From: Flavobacteriales bacterium
Lineage (GTDB): Bacteria; Bacteroidota; Bacteroidia; Flavobacteriales; BACL11
DNA: 64,000 bases
Assembly (NCBI GenBank): GCA_002696275.1
Contig: NZRO01000051.1
Location: 63,704 to 127,703 of the forward strand
Direction: 5' to 3'
This document shows, piece by piece, positions 9,497 to 17,321 of the stretch (position 1 is its first letter; each line of letters opens with the position of its first letter). Both the position numbers and the translations under genes were made by a program. The notes under the pieces were generated by a model. It worked only from the letters and a program-made list of their open reading frames with translations, was not told where the DNA came from and made no database searches.

Positions 9497-11270
9497 TTCT
9501 TTTTTCCACTTTTCCATCCTCATAAATATAAAAGAGGGGTGTATTTTTATTCTCTCTTGATTCTCGTCCAAGTACATCAACAATTTTAATTAATTTCTTT
9601 TTTGATGACATGTTATTAATATTTGTAATAGTTGTATTTATATTTAAATTGTCAATAAATAAATTATTTTCATATTGATTGACATTCCTGAATTTTAAAA
9701 CAATGTCATCTTGATTTAGATAATTCAATAATGAAATGCTCTCAAATTTCCAGTCATTTGTTGCGGTAGGTATCCAGTTATATCCGTGATAAACAGGAGT
9801 AGTTGTTACTAAATTAGTTCCAGCTTTTTCCCAAATTTTTGCCCATGTTACCCCACAGTCCTGAGAGATATAAATAATTAAAGTATCTGACCAATTTTGA
9901 GATAAATTAGGATTTGTCCATAATGTGTAAGCGTAATGAAAATTAAGATGTGCTGAATTTACATTAGATAAATTTACAGCTGGCAGTATAAATTCATCAT
10001 ATGTTCCATTTGCAGCATATTCTGCATTATTGATGTATATAGATTTAGAACTATTATATCCAGCTAATTCATTGATTTCCCATGTTTTGTCTCCGTCATC
10101 ATTTATTATTGTCCAGTTATTAGGAATTGAATTAATTTGAAAATCTTCAATTATTGGGATGTTAATTGATCCACAATCACAATTAGCTAAGCAGTTATTT
10201 AAATCAGTATAAGTTCCATTTCCATTATTTGGATCAACACAGTTTCCATTAACGCAATTCCATGATGGGGTTGGAGGTGTATTGGAACATAAATTGTGAT
10301 TTAATAAATTTGGTCTATATTGATTAATTGCTGAAATCATTCTATTTTTTTGTCCATTTGTAAACATATTCATACACGCATCGTTTGTATAGTCCATATA
10401 GTTCATAAACATATCTCCATTAGAGTTTGTTGTGTTACAACTGTTTGCATTATGAGGAAATGATGGGCAACTATAATTAGCTTCTTCTTGAATCGGTGTG
10501 TCATTTACATTATCGTTTCCACAGTTACCAAATGAACCCCAAACATGATCTAAATTTAACCAATGTCCAACTTCATGTGTGGTTGTTCTGCCTTTGTTGT
10601 AAGGAGCTTGAACAACACCTGTATTACCAAAATATCGATAACCAACAACTACACCATCATTTGGGTTATTAAAACCTGAAGGTGGTGTAGCGTATCCTAA
10701 TATACCTCCACCTAAATCACAAACCCAAATATTAAGATAATCATCTTGTGGCCATGGGTCTATACCACCGCTTGCGCTAGATTTCATCCCATCATTTTGA
10801 ATAGAAAAAGATGTTTGTGATGTTTGAGTTCTAGTAATACCAGTGGTAAAATTTCCATTTGGATCTGTATTTGCAAGACAAAACTCAATTTCAGTATCAG
10901 CAGCTATAGAGTTCCAAACAGCTGGTGTATTGATTGCATCAACATTAGTTCTTCTATAATCTTGATTTAATATATCAATTTGTGAAAAAATTTGGGCGTC
11001 TGATATGTTTTCTTGATTGGTGTTCCAGACAACATGTACCACTACCGGAATTGTTATGATAGAATTCTGTTTGTTGGAATTATTTAATAGCCAATGGTCA
11101 GTTTGATTGTTTACTTTAGATCTTTGTTTTTTGTATTCCGGATATTTTTTCTCAATACTTTTGGTAATTATTTCAGTACCACATTTTTCATTTGATATAT
11201 GAGTGTGTAACTGTGAGTAAGATAAGAATGGTGTTAACATACTTATAAAAATTATAATAAAATTTTTCAT
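9483..11270 (-). CDS. Secreted M43-type (pappalysin/cytophagalysin-like) zinc metalloprotease with a T9SS C-terminal sorting domain
   Basis: 595 aa with a signal peptide. The metzincin motif is HEVGHWLNLDH (HExxHxxxxxH). A Cys-rich linker is followed by a MAM-like or choice-of-anchor-like beta domain. The C-terminus (KLIKIVDVLGRE...LFYIYEDGKVEKRIILE) is typical of Por-secretion tails. Confidence 0.75.
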   Translation of the reverse strand: MKNFIIIFISMLTPFLSYSQLHTHISNEKCGTEIITKSIEKKYPEYKKQRSKVNNQTDHWLLNNSNKQNSIITIPVVVHVVWNTNQENISDAQIFSQIDILNQDYRRTNVDAINTPAVWNSIAADTEIEFCLANTDPNGNFTTGITRTQTSQTSFSIQNDGMKSSASGGIDPWPQDDYLNIWVCDLGGGILGYATPPSGFNNPNDGVVVGYRYFGNTGVVQAPYNKGRTTTHEVGHWLNLDHVWGSFGNCGNDNVNDTPIQEEANYSCPSFPHNANSCNTTNSNGDMFMNYMDYTNDACMNMFTNGQKNRMISAINQYRPNLLNHNLCSNTPPTPSWNCVNGNCVDPNNGNGTYTDLNNCLANCDCGSINIPIIEDFQINSIPNNWTIINDDGDKTWEINELAGYNSSKSIYINNAEYAANGTYDEFILPAVNLSNVNSAHLNFHYAYTLWTNPNLSQNWSDTLIIYISQDCGVTWAKIWEKAGTNLVTTTPVYHGYNWIPTATNDWKFESISLLNYLNQDDIVLKFRNVNQYENNLFIDNLNINTTITNINNMSSKKKLIKIVDVLGRESRENKNTPLFYIYEDGKVEKRIILE

Positions 11271-11358
11271 TATATTAGTTTTTTATTGTCACAAAAGTAA
11301 TAAGAATTTTAATATATAAAATATTTGTGTTTTTAGTTTCTATTTAATCAGAATTTAT

Positions 11359-11366
11359 TAGTTTTG
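11359..11366 (+). promoter_or_regulatory. Bacteroidetes-type -7 promoter box (TAGTTTTG) for rplU-rpmA
   Basis: Exact TAnnTTTG match, 28 nt upstream of the rplU ATG. Confidence 0.4.
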
Positions 11367-11393
11367 CAATCCGAATTTTAAAAATTATTAACA

Positions 11394-11831
11394 ATGTACG
11401 CAATAGTTGAGATAGCAGGGCAACAATTCAAGGTTGAAAAAGATCAACAGATATTTGTACACAGATTAGAAGTAAAAGAAGGTTCAAAGGTAGATTTTGA
11501 GAAAGTTCTTTTAATTGATAATGGAGGAAAAGTAAATGTTGGCGCCCCAGTTATAAAAGGAGCCACGGTGACGGCTAAAGTACTAGAACACTTAAAAGGT
11601 GATAAAGTAATTGTATTTAAAAAGAAAAGAAGAAAGGGATACAGAGTAAAAAATGGTCACAGACAATATTTATCAAAATTAGAAATTGTAAAGATAAATG
11701 AAAAAACAGTATCAAAAGCTACTAAAAAGAAATCTGAAACAAAACCTGAATTAAAACCTAAAACTGCTAAAAAAGCTACAGTAAAAAAGAAAACAACAAC
11801 AAAAAAGACTACAGCTAAAAAAGCTGAGTAA
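11394..11831 (+). CDS. rplU: 50S ribosomal protein L21 with a Lys/Thr-rich C-terminal extension
   Basis: The sequence [18 protein letters not shown]...[11 protein letters not shown] is canonical bL21. About 40 extra K/T/A-rich residues follow. Confidence 0.95.
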   Translation: MYAIVEIAGQQFKVEKDQQIFVHRLEVKEGSKVDFEKVLLIDNGGKVNVGAPVIKGATVTAKVLEHLKGDKVIVFKKKRRKGYRVKNGHRQYLSKLEIVKINEKTVSKATKKKSETKPELKPKTAKKATVKKKTTTKKTTAKKAE

Positions 11832-11853
11832 TTTAATATAAAATTTTAATACA

Positions 11854-12108
11854 ATGGCACATAAAAAAGGAGCTGGTAGTTCAAAAAACGGAAGAGAGTC
11901 AGAAAGTAAAAGACTAGGAGTAAAAATATTTGGTGGACAGCAAATTATTGCTGGAAATATCATTGTACGTCAGAGAGGAACCAAGCATAATCCTGGAGAA
12001 AATGTAGGTATGGGTAAAGATCATACACTTTTTGCACTTACTAATGGAGTTGTAAAATTTACTAAGAAAAGAAATAATAGATCTTATGTGTCTGTTGTAA
12101 CAGAGTGA
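11854..12108 (+). CDS. rpmA: 50S ribosomal protein L27
   Basis: The sequence [24 protein letters not shown]...IIVRQRGTK is canonical bL27. Confidence 0.95.
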   Translation: MAHKKGAGSSKNGRESESKRLGVKIFGGQQIIAGNIIVRQRGTKHNPGENVGMGKDHTLFALTNGVVKFTKKRNNRSYVSVVTE

Positions 12109-12137
12109 TTCAATTTCTATAATACAATACTATAAAA

Positions 12138-12164
12138 ACTCTTGAGAAATCAAGAGTTTTTTTG
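12138..12164 (+). terminator. Rho-independent terminator after rpmA
   Basis: Perfect 8-bp stem actcttga/tcaagagt with a gaaa loop, followed by a run of 7 T. Confidence 0.75.
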
Positions 12165-12166
12165 TT

Positions 12167-12174
12167 TACTTTTG
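12167..12174 (+). promoter_or_regulatory. Bacteroidetes-type -7 promoter box (TACTTTTG) for serS
   Basis: Exact TAnnTTTG match, 22 nt upstream of the serS ATG and just after the rpmA terminator. Confidence 0.4.
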
Positions 12175-12195
12175 TATCCTAATTAAAAACAGAAA

Positions 12196-13467
12196 ATGTT
12201 ACAAGTACAATTTTTAAGAGATAATAGAAATGAAATAATTGAAAGATTAAAGATCAAAAACTTTAATGAATCTTTAGTTATAAATCAGGTTATTTCTTTA
12301 GATGATAAAAGAAAATCTATTCAATCTGAATCCGATGAATTACTTGCAAGATCAAATACTATTGCAAAAGAAATAGGTATTTTGTTTAAATCAGATAAAA
12401 GAGAGGAAGCGAATTGCTTAAAAGAAGAATCTTTGCGTATAAAAGAAAAAACAAAAGCACTTCAATCTTCTCTTTTAGAAATACAAAATGAACTAAGAGA
12501 ATTATTGGTTAAAATTCCTAATGTTCCACATCATTTAGTTCCTTCAGGAAAATCAGATGCAGATAATGTAATAGTTAAAGAGCATGGAAAGATTCCGGAA
12601 TTAAGTGAATATAAAAAACCTCATTGGGATTTGTGCTCTCAGTATAATCTGATTGATTTTGAACTAGGAAATAAAATTACTGGGGCTGGTTTTCCAGTAT
12701 ATACTAACAAAGGAGCAAAACTGCAAAGAGCATTAATTTCTTACTTTTTAGATAAAAATACAGAAGCTGGATATATAGAGTATCAACCTCCTCATTTAGT
12801 AAATGAGGATTCTGGATTTGGGACAGGACAACTACCAGACAAAGAGGGGCAAATGTATCATATTAAAGAAGATAATTTATATTTAATTCCAACTGCTGAA
12901 GTACCAGTCACAAATTTCTTTAGAAATGTTATTCTTAACAAAGAAGATTTCCCAATAAAATGTACTGCTTTTACACCATGTTTTAGAAGAGAAGCTGGAT
13001 CTTATGGAAAAGATGTCAGAGGATTGAATAGACTTCATCAGTTTGATAAGGTTGAGATTGTACAAATACAACACCCTGACAAATCTTACGAAACTTTAAA
13101 TGTAATGGTAGATCATGTTTCTTCTATATTAGAAGAGTTAGAATTGCCCTACAGAATATTGAGACTTTGTGGAGGGGATTTAAGTTTCACATCTGCCTTA
13201 ACATATGATTTTGAAGTTTATTCTGCAGGACAAGATAGGTGGTTAGAAGTTAGTTCGGTTTCTAATTTTGAATCATATCAATCAAATAGATTAAAACTAA
13301 GATTTAAAAACTTAAATGGCAAGACTCAATTATGTCATACTTTAAATGGAAGCGCCTTAGCTCTCCCAAGAATTTTTGCTGCATTAGTTGAGAATAATCA
13401 GACTGAGAGCGGTATTAAGATTCCTAAAGCACTTCAAGAATATACACGATTTAATATTATAGATTAG
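12196..13467 (+). CDS. serS: Seryl-tRNA synthetase
   Basis: 423 aa. It has an N-terminal coiled-coil arm and class II motifs (LIPTAEVPV, FRREAGSYGKDVRGLNRLHQFDKVE, TLNGSALALPR). Confidence 0.95.
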   Translation: MLQVQFLRDNRNEIIERLKIKNFNESLVINQVISLDDKRKSIQSESDELLARSNTIAKEIGILFKSDKREEANCLKEESLRIKEKTKALQSSLLEIQNELRELLVKIPNVPHHLVPSGKSDADNVIVKEHGKIPELSEYKKPHWDLCSQYNLIDFELGNKITGAGFPVYTNKGAKLQRALISYFLDKNTEAGYIEYQPPHLVNEDSGFGTGQLPDKEGQMYHIKEDNLYLIPTAEVPVTNFFRNVILNKEDFPIKCTAFTPCFRREAGSYGKDVRGLNRLHQFDKVEIVQIQHPDKSYETLNVMVDHVSSILEELELPYRILRLCGGDLSFTSALTYDFEVYSAGQDRWLEVSSVSNFESYQSNRLKLRFKNLNGKTQLCHTLNGSALALPRIFAALVENNQTESGIKIPKALQEYTRFNIID

Positions 13468-15252
13468 ATGAAACTAATTGTTGCATTGTTATTTTGTGTG
13501 TCTTTTGCTTATTCACAATCAAACGATTCTCAATTAGCATATCAGTTTTATCAGAAAGGAGAGTATGAGAAAGCAATAGAAATTTATAAAGAATTATCAA
13601 AAGGATTTTCTTTTACTCAATATTATCATCCTTATTTCCAGAGTTTACTTTTGTCAGAAAAATTTTTGGAGGCTAAGAAATTATCTGAAAAAATAATAAA
13701 AAGAAATCCTCATTATCTTCCTTATCATATAGATTTATATATGATTTATAGAAAGATGAATGAAAATAAGAATGCGATTAGAGTTTATAAAAATATTCAA
13801 GAGAAACTAAAGAAACAATTTACTCAAATTGTAAATGTTTCGAATACACTTATTAGGTATTCCTTGTATCAAGAAGCTCTAGATTTATATTTGTTAGTAG
13901 AGGATTTTTCTGATAATAAAAAATATCCAATTCAAAAAGCTCAATTATATCAGTTTTTATCTGAAGATGAGAAGATGGTTAATGAGTATTTAGAATATTT
14001 AGAAACAAATCCATCTCAGAAGATTGCTGTAATAAATTACTTACAGAGATATCTGGATAATAATGGAATAGAAAATGATAAAAATTATAATTATGTAAAG
14101 AAAGGATTATTGAGATTTAGTCAAAAAGAAAAGAATACTTATGTTTTTTCAGAATTACTAGTTTGGTTTTTTATGCAGAATAATGAATTTAATTTGGCTT
14201 ATCTCCAGGCAAAAGCATTGGACAAGAGATTAAATGAAGATGGAGAACGACTATATGATTTAGCAGAGACATTTTTAGATAATAACTATTTTGATTTAGC
14301 TGTTAAATGTTATCAATATATAATTGATAAAGGATCTGATAATTATTATTTCATTGATGCTCATATTAATTTATTATTTGCTTTAGGAGAGAAGGAAAAT
14401 ATTGATTTAGAAGAGTTAGATTTAATGTATGCCAAAACAATAGATAAATTGGGTGAGGACTATACAACTGTATTGTTGTTGAATAATTACGCTCATTTTA
14501 AAGCTTTTTCAATGTCCGATTTATCTTCTGCACAATTAATTTTAGAAAGGATTATGGATATACCTGGAGTCAGTAAGAATGACATGGCAGAGTGTAAATT
14601 AGTTTATGCGGATGTGATGTTACTATCTGGAAATATTTGGACATCATTATTATATTATTCTCAAGTAGAGAAAGATAATAAAGAAAGTCCTATAGGCCAT
14701 GAGGCTAAACTAAGAAGAGCAAAGATTTCATATTTTCAGGGTGATTTTAATTGGGCGCAATCTCAGTTAGATATTTTGAAGTCATCTACATCTAAGTTGA
14801 TTTCTAATGACGCTATGGATTTATCTTTATTGATTACAGATAATTTAAATTTAGACACTACTACTATTCCTATGGAAATTTATGCAAGAGCAGATTTATT
14901 ATTTTATCAGAATAAATTTGAAGAATCAATAATTACTTTAGATTCTATCTGTGATTTATACTTGGGACATACATTATTAGATGAGATATATTATAGAAAA
15001 TATCAGATATATAATAAGAAAGGAGAAATTGATAAAGCAATTGAGATGCTTGAAGTGATAGTTTCGGACTTCTCCTATGATATTTTAAAAGATGACGCCA
15101 TGTTTCATTTAGCTCAGCTTTATGAGCTAAAAAAGAAAGATCCTGAAAAGGCTATTTATTACTATGAAGCTATTTTATTGGAATGCGCTGGAAGTATTTA
15201 TACATCCGAATCAAGAAAAAAATATAGACAATTAAGAGGAGACGACTTATGA
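13468..15252 (+). CDS. Secreted tetratricopeptide-repeat protein, function unknown
   Basis: 594 aa with a signal peptide (MKLIVALLFCVSFAYSQ). TPR-like A/Y/L-patterned helices repeat throughout. Confidence 0.5.
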   Translation: MKLIVALLFCVSFAYSQSNDSQLAYQFYQKGEYEKAIEIYKELSKGFSFTQYYHPYFQSLLLSEKFLEAKKLSEKIIKRNPHYLPYHIDLYMIYRKMNENKNAIRVYKNIQEKLKKQFTQIVNVSNTLIRYSLYQEALDLYLLVEDFSDNKKYPIQKAQLYQFLSEDEKMVNEYLEYLETNPSQKIAVINYLQRYLDNNGIENDKNYNYVKKGLLRFSQKEKNTYVFSELLVWFFMQNNEFNLAYLQAKALDKRLNEDGERLYDLAETFLDNNYFDLAVKCYQYIIDKGSDNYYFIDAHINLLFALGEKENIDLEELDLMYAKTIDKLGEDYTTVLLLNNYAHFKAFSMSDLSSAQLILERIMDIPGVSKNDMAECKLVYADVMLLSGNIWTSLLYYSQVEKDNKESPIGHEAKLRRAKISYFQGDFNWAQSQLDILKSSTSKLISNDAMDLSLLITDNLNLDTTTIPMEIYARADLLFYQNKFEESIITLDSICDLYLGHTLLDEIYYRKYQIYNKKGEIDKAIEMLEVIVSDFSYDILKDDAMFHLAQLYELKKKDPEKAIYYYEAILLECAGSIYTSESRKKYRQLRGDDL

Positions 15253-15557
15253 TAATTTATAATGTTACATGTAATGTAGAAAATGAAATCTTACAAGACT
15301 GGCTTCAATGGATGGTAGAGATTCATATTCCGGATGTGATGCAGACAGGTTTTTTTTTAGAAGCAAATATAAATAAGGTTATATCAAGTAATGATGATGG
15401 AACTACTTACGCAATAGCATATAGTTGTGAAAGTATGAAAAAGCTACATGAATATCAACTTAAATTTTCTGCTGAATTACAGAAAAAACACTTAGATCGT
15501 TACGGAGAAAAAGTTGTAGCTTTTAGAACAATATTAGAATTAATCAGAAAATTTTAA
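15249..15557 (+). CDS. Small conserved protein (DUF4286-like)
   Basis: 102 aa, with a 4-nt overlap with the upstream TPR gene. The N-terminus MIIYNVTCNVENEILQDWLQWM resembles my recollection of the DUF4286 family. Confidence 0.45.
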   Translation: MIIYNVTCNVENEILQDWLQWMVEIHIPDVMQTGFFLEANINKVISSNDDGTTYAIAYSCESMKKLHEYQLKFSAELQKKHLDRYGEKVVAFRTILELIRKF

Positions 15558-15692
15558 GTTGAAAAAGATCGGATTTCGTAAACAATAAATAAATTAATAC
15601 ACTCTCACAAACCATTTATTTTTTAGAACAAGTAAAAAATTCTTTATACTGAAAGATTCAGAAAATTTTTTAAATGAAAAGAATTATAGAAT

Positions 15693-16331
15693 CTATCTGA
15701 GGAAAGGGTTGCTTTGTTTTTCTTTACCAATAGTTGTTGAAGGGCCATGACCACAATAAACTATAGTTTCCTCATCTAAACTCATTAGCTTATTTTGAAT
15801 ACTTTGAATAAGAGTATCGAAATCTCCTCCAGGTAAATCAGTTCTTCCAATACTACCATTAAACAATACATCTCCTGAAATAATGAAGTTATCCAATTTA
15901 CTTAACAAACAAATATGTCCAGGAGCATGTCCAGGAGTAAATATAATATCTAGTATACTGTTTCCAAATTCAATTTGATCTCCTTCATCTATTAAGTGTT
16001 TTGGATTTGGACTAGGTTCATAATGTTTAAATCCGTATGCGCTAGCTATATTTTCCGAATCTTTAAGAAGAATTAGATCTAATTTATTCATATATAAATC
16101 TATGTTCCAAGATTCAATTGAAAATTTATTACCAAAAATATGATCAATATGACAATGAGTATTAATTAGTTTTACAGGTTTCAATCTATTTTCTTCTATA
16201 AAATTTTTAAGAATTTCCTTTTCATTTTTTTCGTAACATCCTGGATCAATAATTAAACATTCTTTTGTTTCATCCCAAATCAGAAATGTATTTTCTTGGA
16301 AAGGGTTAAAAGTAAATTGTTTGACTTTCAT
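15693..16331 (-). CDS. MBL-fold metallo-hydrolase (glyoxalase II-like)
   Basis: 212 aa. It carries the HCHIDHIFG (HxHxDH) motif, then later GHAPGH and a C-terminal CGHG. Confidence 0.85.
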   Translation of the reverse strand: MKVKQFTFNPFQENTFLIWDETKECLIIDPGCYEKNEKEILKNFIEENRLKPVKLINTHCHIDHIFGNKFSIESWNIDLYMNKLDLILLKDSENIASAYGFKHYEPSPNPKHLIDEGDQIEFGNSILDIIFTPGHAPGHICLLSKLDNFIISGDVLFNGSIGRTDLPGGDFDTLIQSIQNKLMSLDEETIVYCGHGPSTTIGKEKQSNPFLR

Positions 16332-16360
16332 TTTAATTTTTTTTCAAAGATACATTTCTT

Positions 16361-16368
16361 TACATTTG
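16361..16368 (+). promoter_or_regulatory. Bacteroidetes-type -7 promoter box (TACATTTG) for the TauE-like gene
   Basis: Exact TAnnTTTG match, 16 nt upstream of the ATG at 16384. This supports the shorter start. Confidence 0.4.
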
Positions 16369-16383
16369 CACAAAATAGTGATC

Positions 16384-16755
16384 ATGGATTTATCTACTTT
16401 TTTTATCCTAATTATAATTGGTCTACTTGCCGGAACATTGTCCGGAATTGTAGGGGTAGGTGGAGGTATAATAATTATTCCACTTTTAATGTTATTGTTA
16501 GGAATGGATCAAGTTTCTGCTCAGGGGACTTCAATTGCAATTTTATTACCCCCAGTAGGAATATTAGCTGCATTTAATTATTATCAGAGTGGAAATATAA
16601 GCATCAATTATGCTGTTGTAATTGCTTTGTCTTTTGTTCTTGGCGGATATTTTGGGTCAAAAATAGCTTTAAATATTAGCCCTCAAACTTTGAGAAAAAT
16701 ATTTGCAATAATTATGTTAATTACTTCAATTAAAATGTTTTTTTTTGATGATTAG
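16384..16755 (+). CDS. Half-size TauE/SafE (TSUP) family membrane protein
   Basis: 123 aa from the internal ATG. The segment GLLAGTLSGIVGVGGGIIIIPLLM is the TauE signature. There are about 4 TM segments. The ORF-track start at 16321 would overlap the divergent MBL gene. Confidence 0.6.
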   Translation: MDLSTFFILIIIGLLAGTLSGIVGVGGGIIIIPLLMLLLGMDQVSAQGTSIAILLPPVGILAAFNYYQSGNISINYAVVIALSFVLGGYFGSKIALNISPQTLRKIFAIIMLITSIKMFFFDD

Positions 16756-16773
16756 TTGAATTAAATTTTTCAA

Positions 16774-16796
16774 AAGAATTTTTAAATGAAATTCTT
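16774..16796. terminator. Weak AT-rich hairpin between the convergent TauE-like and FMN-reductase genes
   Basis: The arms aagaattt/aaattctt form an 8-bp stem with a 7-nt loop. The stem has little GC content. Confidence 0.3.
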
Positions 16797-16805
16797 GTTG
16801 TGAGT

Positions 16806-17321
16806 TTAGGAAATTAATTTAGATCCAATTTTGTAAAATTCTTCAGAAAAGACATCTATTCTTTCGATAACATCTTTATTTACTAGTCTGTCTCCCTCAA
16901 AATCTTTGCTAGTAGCATATACAACCCTGGGAAGTTGAATCATTCTCCATTCATTCATGCAAATTTGTGTTAGGTGTTGCGTGGATAAGTAACTTTTTTC
17001 ACCTCCTGCTGCACATGCTATACCAAAAAATTTAGAGATTGCTTTACCAAAACAAGTATCTAGTATTATTTTTAGTGCATCATTGATGCTATAGCAATGA
17101 ACTCCCATTCCTATAATTATATTGTCAGTTTCTGCTACTTTGAGAATTAAATCTTTCATACAATCGGTGATCTGAATATGACAAGGTTTTATGTCTAAAT
17201 TTCTAGCATCAACAAATTCAATTTCTATATCTTTTTCAGTTAATCTTTTAGAGATTTCTTTGCAAAGAATAAAGGATCTAGAATTTTTAGACAAAGAGCT
17301 AGATATTATAAGTGTTTTCAT
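16806..17321 (-). CDS. NAD(P)H-dependent FMN reductase-like flavoprotein
   Basis: 171 aa with a flavodoxin-like fold. The N-terminus reads MKTLIISSSLSKNSRS, typical of the FMN_red family. Confidence 0.55.
   Translation of the reverse strand: MKTLIISSSLSKNSRSFILCKEISKRLTEKDIEIEFVDARNLDIKPCHIQITDCMKDLILKVAETDNIIIGMGVHCYSINDALKIILDTCFGKAISKFFGIACAAGGEKSYLSTQHLTQICMNEWRMIQLPRVVYATSKDFEGDRLVNKDVIERIDVFSEEFYKIGSKLIS

Noticed and set aside
16296-16577. ORF 16296-16577 (+), and the 21-codon N-terminal extension of the TauE-like ORF starting at 16321.
   Set aside because: Both overlap the start of the divergent MBL hydrolase gene. A consensus -7 promoter box at 16361-16368 sits inside the supposed extension. 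The ATG at 16384 gives a normal TauE N-terminus.
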